Made by a program: the position numbers and the translations under genes. Below the pieces are notes generated by a model. That model saw only the letters and a list, made by a program, of their open reading frames with translations. It made no database searches and was not told where the DNA came from. Shown here one piece after another: positions 14,565-21,880 of a stretch of DNA of 33,693 nucleotides. Position 1 is the stretch's first letter, and every line of letters begins with the position of its first letter. The DNA comes from a virus (lineage: Duplodnaviria; Caudoviricetes). The stretch is from positions 1 to 33,693 of IMG/VR virus record IMGVR_UViG_3300032328_000613, one strand, 5' to 3'.

Positions 14565-17500
14565 TTAACCTCTTTCAAGAATGTTAAGTATTTCTTGCAT
14601 ATCCATTGGTTTTTCGTCCAGATAACCGCCAGTGGCCATTGTAGCTACTTTAGATTGATTTGTGCGAGTATTTGTGCTAGAGGGTGACCCATACATCGTC
14701 ATTGGGTTGTAACTACCAAACATACCCGGATCAAACTTTTTGCGCATGTCAAAGTACGGGCTTTCCTCCACAACTTTTGCTTTTTGCGGGGTGTATGGCG
14801 GCACATATGACGTGGGCAAAAAGGCAGTGGGGTCAAAGCTCACCGGTGTTGTTGGTGTTTTTGGCGGTGGTGGTGGTGGCGGTGGTGGTGGTGGCTTTTT
14901 AGGGCGTGGAGTAGCCGACTTATAAATAATTGGTTTTGCTTTGGCTGGGTCATATACGGGCACATCGCCGCCATTTGCGCTTTCTTTTGTGCGGTAAAGG
15001 GTACCGTTTTTAAAGATGTTGCCGAGTGAGTCTGTTGTGTACTCGTCTTCTTCGTAAATATCCCCAAAAGCATTTGCACGGTAGAGTTCGCCGTCGCGGT
15101 ACAAATTACCCGCTTCGTCGTATGTGTAGTCAAACTCCTCCGGACTCGCTATAACCTCTACTTCATCCAAAGTCCCCCCGGTTTCTTCTGTTGGTGGGGT
15201 TACGGGCGGAGTTACAGGTGGTGGCTCGACTGGTGGTGTTACGGGCGGAGTTACAGGTGTTTCTTCTTCAATCTTTTCTGCGGCTCGGAAAAACACACCA
15301 TTTTTATATATGTTACCAAGCGAGTCATACGTGTACACATCTTCGGGTTTGTTTTCCTCTTCTTTTTCTGCGGCGCGATAGAGCACGCCATTTTTGTATA
15401 CGTTACCCGCTTCGTCCTCGGTGTACACATCTTTAGGGGTTACAGGTGGCGGCTCGACTGGTGGTGTTACGGGCGGAGTTACAGGTGGCGGCTCGACTGG
15501 TGGTTCTGGTTTTTCCGCAGCGCGATAGAGCACGCCATTTTTGTATATGTTACCCGCTTCGTCCTCGGTGTACACGCTTTCTGAGGCGCGGTAGAGCACG
15601 CCATTTTTGTATATGTTACCCGCTTCGTCCTCGGTATACACATCTTTAGGGGTTACAGGGCCGGGGGTTGTGCCTGTGCCCGTGTCTGTGCCCGTGTCTG
15701 TTGAAGGTTTGTAATTAATTGGTTTTACTTGGGTCGGATCGTAATAAATCGTAGGCGCGGTCTCATCCGTGTTAACTTGGAAAATAAGATTGCCGTCTCT
15801 AAATATATTGCCTTCGTTATCTGTCTCATATTTACCCGGTTTAGAAAAATCAACCTCATAACCGTCAAATTGGAGTTCGTCGTTAAGGTATGTACGACCC
15901 CTGTCGTCGTAGGTATATACATCCGGTGGTGCTGTACCTGTGGGATATTTTGTGGATAAATATTTGTCCAGCTCGGCATCTGGGTTATACCCCGCGTATT
16001 TTATGTAATCCGATGCTCTGGGGGTTAGACCGTAGTCGGCGAATTTCTGATTTAGTTCCGCTTTGGTTGTAATAAGAGGGTCAAGTTCTTCAAAGAACGC
16101 CCCCAATCTGTTCGTTTCATCTATGCCCGCGTTGTAACCAACGTATTTGTCAATGACATCTTGACTTGGATCGATATTGCGACCATACCTAGATTGAAAC
16201 GCATCAACAACCTCTTCTTGAGTTAGAGAGTATTTGTTTATGTCTGCGGCTATTTTACTAAACTGTATTCTCTCGTCTGTCGGGCCGACAAATTGATCTT
16301 CGTACTTTTTAAGTATTTCTGGTGTTGCGGCATCGCCCAATATGTTTTTGATTTCAGTCTCAACTTCATCCTTGTCTGTATATGCAAGGTCTACGTTTTT
16401 AGCTTTTGTCGCTAGCAAAGTGGCTTCAAAAATATCCGCCGATTCATCAGGCGTCGGTTTCCGACCAAATTCAGATTCAAAATATTTTAACGCCGCGTTT
16501 CGTTTGTCTATGCTTATTTGTGCTTCTATATCTTTTTGTTTAGTTTCAACAATAGCGACTATGTCTTCTAATTCATCGGAGGTTGGGTTTCGGCCAGTTA
16601 AACTTAAAAAGGTGTTTGCGGCCTTGGCTTTAGCAACGGCGGCTCTGTATTCTGCGTCAGCTTTGTCTTGCGCGTCTTTTGCGGCTTTAGCGGCTGATAT
16701 CCCTTGCGTGCCTAAGTAGGCGTCTAGATTGGCATCTGGGTTATACCCCATGAATTTTGTGTAGTCTGCCGCTGTTGGTTTTATACCGTAGTCGGCGAAT
16801 TTTTGCCTTAGTTCTGCTTTGGTCGTGATAAGGGGGTCGAGTTCTTCAAAGAACGCCCCAAACCTGTTTGTTTTGTCTACCTCATCGTTGTAACCAATGT
16901 ATTTATCAATGGTGTCTTGAGTTGGAACAATACCATATCTGGATTTAAACGCGGAAGAGAATTCCTTGGGGGTTATATAGTAGTTTTTTATATCAGTAGA
17001 TACGTTGCCCAACTGCGTTTTTTCGTTTGTTGCGCCGACAAATTGATCCCTGTATTTCTCAAGGATGTCTTCCGTTGCACCGGCACCCAGTATCTTTTTA
17101 ACCGCAGCGTCAACTTCATCCTTGTCTGTGTACATCGGGTCTACGAATTTATTAAACGCGGCTTGCCGAGCGGCTTCAGTTTTGCCTCTTGTTATGGCTG
17201 CTCTTTCAGCGGCAGTTGGTTCTCTGCCAAACATGTCTTTAAATTTATCGTCCGCGCTTGGGATAACAAAATTGTCGGTGATAAAAGTAGTCAGCCCAGA
17301 TTCTGGTTGCGGGCCAACAAACGAATCAATTTTGGCCTGCTCATCTGCGTTCGGGTCTCTACCAAACAATTTGAAAAATGCAGCCTTAGCTTCGGTTTGG
17401 TCTGTGTAGTAGGGGTCTGTATATTTGGTAAACGCGGCTTGCCGCTTGGCTTCAGTTGTTCCGTACGTTATTGCTTTTATTTCTGCTTCGGTTGGTTCCC

Positions 17501-20500
17501 GACCAAACATGTCTTGAAATTTTTCTTTTGCGTCTGGGACAACAAAATAATCGTTAATGTACTTAGGCAGCCCAGATTCTGGTTGCGGGCCAACAAACGA
17601 ATCAATTTTGGATTGTTCACCTGCGGTCGGGGCTCTCCCATAAGATTTAGTAAACGCAGCTATAGCTTCGTCTCGTTCTGTGTACAGCGGGTCTACGAAT
17701 TTATCAATTCTGGGGAGACTTTTGGCCTCCGTTGTCCCAGTGAAACTTCTTATATCCGCATCGGTGGGTGTTAATCCGTACTGTGCAAAACGATCCTTGA
17801 CTTCTTGCTCTGTTGTAAAAATTGGGTCGGCGTAGTCGTATACAGCGTTAACAAAATTAGCCTCGTTGTTTGGATCTGCGCTAGTTTTGCCTTGGTTGAC
17901 ATACGCTAAAAGCGCTTTTTCTTGTGTGCTAGTTGGCGCAACACCGCCGCTTACTTCTTTAAATGCCTTAACTGCTTCAGAATAATCTAGAACATATGGG
18001 TCGGCTACCACTTTGGCATCGTTGAGGGCGGAGTACTTATTTACGCTGTACCCCTTTCCGGTAAGCCCATCTATCATTTCTTGAGTTGGGTTTATTACAC
18101 CCGCGTTTTGCAAAGCTTGTCTTGCTTCGTCCGCATTGATTTCTTGATCTTCGGTGTAAAAATCATACCCCGCATCTTTCCCGCGTAACAAGTAATCCGT
18201 GTACAAATCTGCGCGGCTTGTAAGGTCACTACCAGATTCTTTTTTGTACTGTCTCTCGTTAAATCCTCGCCCTTTTAAATCCTTGGTAAGGTCTGGATCT
18301 GTTTCGTATATTTCTTTTAACTTATCTGCTAAAACATCGACTTGTGAGGACGAGGTTAATCCTCCACGTTCTAATATGTCCAGCACGGCTTGCGATTCGT
18401 ACTCCGGAACACCCATTAACGCGTCTACTAGCTTCTGCGATGGGTTATAAATACCCTTTTTTGAAAGCATGGCAGCGGCGTCGTAATAGTCAGTATCCGA
18501 AGCGTCAATATCTTTTGCTAACGCCTGCGCCGCTGTCTCGTCGTCGCTGCTTAATAGCGCTGCTATTTGTTGTTCTGTAGGGCTATATACACCTTGGCTT
18601 CTAAAAAATTGTATTGCTTCTTGTTTATTTATTTCAGCTTTATCAATCGCCAGCATGTCCTCTATAGACTCGGCTTCTGCTTGCGTTAGGAATTCGTTTA
18701 TTTCTTCGGCGGTAGGGGCGCGGCCAATCTCTTTGGTAAAGTAATCTGTAACTTCTTTTTCGGTCGTTTCTCCAGCATCAAGTTCAATCGCGCGGGCCGC
18801 AGCTTTTTTTTCGTCGCCGCTGGCTATTAATGCTTTTATTCTTTCTTGTGTTGGGGCCTCCCCCTGTTGGGTAAGTATAGATAAAGCTTCTTGTTCACTT
18901 GTTTCGCTAGCGTCTAATTTGTATAGTTGGTTTCGCGCTTCTTGGTCAGCGTCGCCAAGAAATTCTTTTACTTCCGCGTCAGTCGGCGGCCTACCTATAT
19001 TTTGTTTAAAGTAGTCTCGAATTTCTTGTTGTGATTGGTAGCTCGAGTCTATGGCGTATCTGTTTGCATATGTGCTACTCTTGGTGTCGTAAGCGTACTT
19101 ATCAATTTCTGCTTGGGTTGGGTTATAGATACCTTCTTCGGCATATATTGCTTTAATTTCGTCTTCTGACAGACGCGGTACGCTTGGATCAAGAACAGCA
19201 TCCCAGTGTTTAGTTGTAAGATTTTTACCGGTGGCTGCTTTGTAGTCCTCTGCCGTAAATTCATACATCTTTTTGTCAAAGGCGTATGGGTCTGAAGCAA
19301 AATCTACTTTGCTTTGAAGTGCTTCAAATTTTTCAGGGGTCAAGTCTATGCCGAGAGTATCTTTGTACAACACCGCGCTGTTAAAAAGATTACTCGCTAT
19401 CGCTGCGTTGCGTTGTTCTTCTTTGATAAATTCAGAGCCAATCACGCTTAAATCCGCGTCTAACTTGGCGAAATTTAAATAGTAGTTTGCATAGGGTTCC
19501 CGTGTCGCTTCCAATTGTTCTTGTAGCGACGCAACGTTTGCAGCGGCGGCGTCTATGTCTTTTTCATATTGCCCAGATCTGTATAAAGGTACAAAGTCAT
19601 TGTTTAGAATACTGGCCGCGCTAAAAAATTCTTTTTCCAAAGAAGGGTCTGTAAAAAAAACACTCCCGGTTTCTAATGCTTGTTCTGCCTGCAAACGGTC
19701 TATAATATTGCCGCCACGGCTTGTTGACCAATAAATTATGTCATCTAAACGTTTATTGTACGTTTCTAAACTACTCTCTATTAATTGTGGAGTTTCAAGA
19801 ACAGCTACTTGTTCGGTTTGCTTGTCGTACAAAGGTTGTATTGTTGTTTTTGCGTAGTTATCCAGCTCCGCTTTTGCTTTTTGCTGCTCCGCTTGTTTAG
19901 CTTCTAGTTTTGTTCTTTTTTCTGACGACGCATTGTCTTTCAGGTATTTTTCAAACATTGACAAAAGCGATTGCGACAATGCCGCAGTAGTTTCTTTTTC
20001 ATCCCGCTTTAAGAGTTTTGAAGCCACGGCGGTTGATGCGGCGTTTTTAAACGTATTGCTTTGCAAAAACGCGTTGTTTGTGTCTTTTGTTAAGTACTTA
20101 ACCAACTCAGAGGATCCGGCAGTTACGCCCCCAGCCAGCCCGCCTTTTAACATGTCCCCCCAAGGATCTTTAGAGCCGGTTAATGTTGCTTTTGTCAAAG
20201 AAGACGTTGCGCCGTATGTGGTGCTTGCGGCAATTGATTGCCACGCTTTGTTAGTTTCGAGCGAATAATTCTCGAGTGCTTTAGATATTGGGCCGGATAT
20301 ATATTCTTGGTATAGTGGGTTGTTTAGCTGATATTCGCCAATTTTTGTACCCCCTGTCGCCCATTCGCCAGCTTTTGTAGCTAAATATGAAGTACCCGCG
20401 TTACCTAAAGCCTTTCCTAGAGCCTTGTTAAAAGGTAAATCCTTGTCGTACTGTACCGTGTCATACACTACGTTTGCTACGGGCATTGCCCACTTTGGCA

Positions 20501-21035
20501 CCCAAGTCGCGGTTGAAAGAACCATTTTTGCCGCAAACCATAGGGGGTCTTTATCAAACTGCATGCCAATATTCATGGCGAGTTTACCAACCCAAGTATT
20601 TTTCCCCCCAAAAATGTCAGAAACAAATGACCCAGCTATATAACCCCAACCGCTTTCTTGTTTTCGTTTTGCCTCAAGCCACGCTTTGTATTCGGGGGTG
20701 TAGTAGATGCCGTATTGAGTAACAGGCTTTGTCTCTTTACCTATTTGAGCGGTTGCAATTTCTGCGTACTCAACTAAACCTGTTTGGGGGTTGACGGTGC
20801 CGGAGCCGCCAAGTTTCTTTAGTGCCTTTTGTTCTTTTGGATTGACCAGAACAATATTTGTATCGCCGTTGCGACCGTAGTCGGCAAGGGGTGTGTCGAT
20901 TGCGCCCGGATTGCCGAGCGACTTTAAAATATGTTCTTCTTGTGGGTTGACGTGAACAGGCTCGTCCCTTTTCCCTCCTTGAGACACTATGTCCCGGAGT
21001 TCATTTAAGCTCATGTTGTCGTCATCAAAGTTCAT
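14565..21035 (-). CDS. giant repeat-rich putative internal virion protein
   Basis: 2156 aa. N-terminal GRNGDT...GGSGTVNPQTGLVEY motif, Gly/Ala-rich region, coiled coil, ~21 helical G-R-x-P-T-x-x-E repeats, then eight YTxDxxGNxYKNGxLYR-type repeats among Pro/Thr linkers. Confidence 0.75.
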   Translation of the reverse strand: MNFDDDNMSLNELRDIVSQGGKRDEPVHVNPQEEHILKSLGNPGAIDTPLADYGRNGDTNIVLVNPKEQKALKKLGGSGTVNPQTGLVEYAEIATAQIGKETKPVTQYGIYYTPEYKAWLEAKRKQESGWGYIAGSFVSDIFGGKNTWVGKLAMNIGMQFDKDPLWFAAKMVLSTATWVPKWAMPVANVVYDTVQYDKDLPFNKALGKALGNAGTSYLATKAGEWATGGTKIGEYQLNNPLYQEYISGPISKALENYSLETNKAWQSIAASTTYGATSSLTKATLTGSKDPWGDMLKGGLAGGVTAGSSELVKYLTKDTNNAFLQSNTFKNAASTAVASKLLKRDEKETTAALSQSLLSMFEKYLKDNASSEKRTKLEAKQAEQQKAKAELDNYAKTTIQPLYDKQTEQVAVLETPQLIESSLETYNKRLDDIIYWSTSRGGNIIDRLQAEQALETGSVFFTDPSLEKEFFSAASILNNDFVPLYRSGQYEKDIDAAAANVASLQEQLEATREPYANYYLNFAKLDADLSVIGSEFIKEEQRNAAIASNLFNSAVLYKDTLGIDLTPEKFEALQSKVDFASDPYAFDKKMYEFTAEDYKAATGKNLTTKHWDAVLDPSVPRLSEDEIKAIYAEEGIYNPTQAEIDKYAYDTKSSTYANRYAIDSSYQSQQEIRDYFKQNIGRPPTDAEVKEFLGDADQEARNQLYKLDASETSEQEALSILTQQGEAPTQERIKALIASGDEKKAAARAIELDAGETTEKEVTDYFTKEIGRAPTAEEINEFLTQAEAESIEDMLAIDKAEINKQEAIQFFRSQGVYSPTEQQIAALLSSDDETAAQALAKDIDASDTDYYDAAAMLSKKGIYNPSQKLVDALMGVPEYESQAVLDILERGGLTSSSQVDVLADKLKEIYETDPDLTKDLKGRGFNERQYKKESGSDLTSRADLYTDYLLRGKDAGYDFYTEDQEINADEARQALQNAGVINPTQEMIDGLTGKGYSVNKYSALNDAKVVADPYVLDYSEAVKAFKEVSGGVAPTSTQEKALLAYVNQGKTSADPNNEANFVNAVYDYADPIFTTEQEVKDRFAQYGLTPTDADIRSFTGTTEAKSLPRIDKFVDPLYTERDEAIAAFTKSYGRAPTAGEQSKIDSFVGPQPESGLPKYINDYFVVPDAKEKFQDMFGREPTEAEIKAITYGTTEAKRQAAFTKYTDPYYTDQTEAKAAFFKLFGRDPNADEQAKIDSFVGPQPESGLTTFITDNFVIPSADDKFKDMFGREPTAAERAAITRGKTEAARQAAFNKFVDPMYTDKDEVDAAVKKILGAGATEDILEKYRDQFVGATNEKTQLGNVSTDIKNYYITPKEFSSAFKSRYGIVPTQDTIDKYIGYNDEVDKTNRFGAFFEELDPLITTKAELRQKFADYGIKPTAADYTKFMGYNPDANLDAYLGTQGISAAKAAKDAQDKADAEYRAAVAKAKAANTFLSLTGRNPTSDELEDIVAIVETKQKDIEAQISIDKRNAALKYFESEFGRKPTPDESADIFEATLLATKAKNVDLAYTDKDEVETEIKNILGDAATPEILKKYEDQFVGPTDERIQFSKIAADINKYSLTQEEVVDAFQSRYGRNIDPSQDVIDKYVGYNAGIDETNRLGAFFEELDPLITTKAELNQKFADYGLTPRASDYIKYAGYNPDAELDKYLSTKYPTGTAPPDVYTYDDRGRTYLNDELQFDGYEVDFSKPGKYETDNEGNIFRDGNLIFQVNTDETAPTIYYDPTQVKPINYKPSTDTGTDTGTGTTPGPVTPKDVYTEDEAGNIYKNGVLYRASESVYTEDEAGNIYKNGVLYRAAEKPEPPVEPPPVTPPVTPPVEPPPVTPKDVYTEDEAGNVYKNGVLYRAAEKEEENKPEDVYTYDSLGNIYKNGVFFRAAEKIEEETPVTPPVTPPVEPPPVTPPVTPPTEETGGTLDEVEVIASPEEFDYTYDEAGNLYRDGELYRANAFGDIYEEDEYTTDSLGNIFKNGTLYRTKESANGGDVPVYDPAKAKPIIYKSATPRPKKPPPPPPPPPPPKTPTTPVSFDPTAFLPTSYVPPYTPQKAKVVEESPYFDMRKKFDPGMFGSYNPMTMYGSPSSTNTRTNQSKVATMATGGYLDEKPMDMQEILNILERG
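14989..15923 (-). repeat. array of ~19-aa aromatic repeats interleaved with PPVT/PPVE repeats
   Basis: Near-identical DNA copies at about 15373-15431, 15520-15578 and 15586-15644, with more diverged copies flanking. PPVT/PPVE blocks at about 15192-15258 and 15437-15504. Confidence 0.9.
15960..19180 (-). repeat. array of ~45-aa helical repeats (F/Y-x4-G-R-x-P-T-x-x-E)
   Basis: About 21 copies seen in translation. Includes a 44-bp exact DNA repeat (17292-17335 = 17568-17611) and a larger duplication with ~750-bp offset (about 15960-16390 vs 16715-17140). Confidence 0.85.
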
Positions 21036-21880
21036 ACTAGCCTTGACACAAACGTTGCAGTAAGAATAACGGCGGGGGATGCTGGATGCACGGGCGCTGT
21101 TCCGGGTGGGTAAGTGCCAGCTACTGTATCTCCAGATTCTGAAGCCATCATTAATTGAATATAGTCACCAGCGTTTATAGGCGTAACTAAGTTCCAAGCA
21201 GTAAGAGAAGCGCCTAAAGTGGTGCCGGGGCCAAGAGGAACGGTTGCAACCCCAGCCGTATTTGGAATGTCAACACCATTTTGCCTAAACCAAAGGGTTA
21301 CGTTATCTATTGAACTTTTAGCGTTTAAAAGTTGAAGGCTAAACTGGATGTTGTAATACCCAGCAACATCAAAAACAATCCTGCTGCTATCTGTGGGGTC
21401 TATAGATATTTGATTGCTGGCATCTGTTGTATCGTATGGAATAGCTAAAGCTGTGGTTGCGGAAGGCACTGCCTGAGCTTCTGTTACATAAAGACCTGCG
21501 GCGTGTGAAGCACCTGATGAACCATACTGCGATCTGGTAATACCCGTAAATGTAGTGGAAGTTTTGCCTGTATAGCTAATTAATTCTTTTTGGATAAGGA
21601 TAGTCCCCGCAGATGCAAACCCGGCAGTTGAACCAACAACAATAGTCGCGGTTGATCCTGAATTCGGTATGGCGTTGGTTAAAGTTGTGTATCCGTCTTG
21701 ATGAAACGCTCCGTATGGAAAAGACAAGTTGTAACCCCCAGCCGAAGCAAACAAGTTGCCAATTAAGGAAGTGAGCCTATTAAAGTACAGGCGCAGCACA
21801 CTGTTTAGCTGATCTTGATACGCAGGCATGTACTCCCGCGTGGCTTGCGGCAGGGCTGGTGGGGCTATAAGGTTACTCAT
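21032..21880 (-). CDS. virion structural protein (tail-associated) with inserted beta domain and C1q/TNF-like C-terminus
   Basis: 282 aa. N-terminal PALP..EY...QLNSVLRLYFNRL helix. C-terminal GYYNIQFSLQ..LWFRQNG..AGDYIQL jelly-roll pattern. Follows the tail-tube gene. Confidence 0.65.
   Translation of the reverse strand: MSNLIAPPALPQATREYMPAYQDQLNSVLRLYFNRLTSLIGNLFASAGGYNLSFPYGAFHQDGYTTLTNAIPNSGSTATIVVGSTAGFASAGTILIQKELISYTGKTSTTFTGITRSQYGSSGASHAAGLYVTEAQAVPSATTALAIPYDTTDASNQISIDPTDSSRIVFDVAGYYNIQFSLQLLNAKSSIDNVTLWFRQNGVDIPNTAGVATVPLGPGTTLGASLTAWNLVTPINAGDYIQLMMASESGDTVAGTYPPGTAPVHPASPAVILTATFVSRLV

Noticed and set aside
14285-15660. Near-identical repeats as a CRISPR array or DGR template/variable pair
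   Set aside because: All copies are in-frame coding units with irregular coding spacers. Differences are not adenine-specific, and no reverse transcriptase or cas gene is in the window.
16917-17774. Long antisense ORFs (also 767-1459, 6318-6938, 8628-9380, 26345-27061)
   Set aside because: They are shadows of strongly coding opposite-strand genes, with no RBS or protein-like motifs.
14565-21035. Tape-measure protein call for the 2156-aa or 1964-aa ORF
   Set aside because: There are no siphovirus/myovirus tail tube, sheath or chaperone frameshift genes. The neighbours are podovirus-type adaptor and nozzle genes, favouring internal/ejection proteins.
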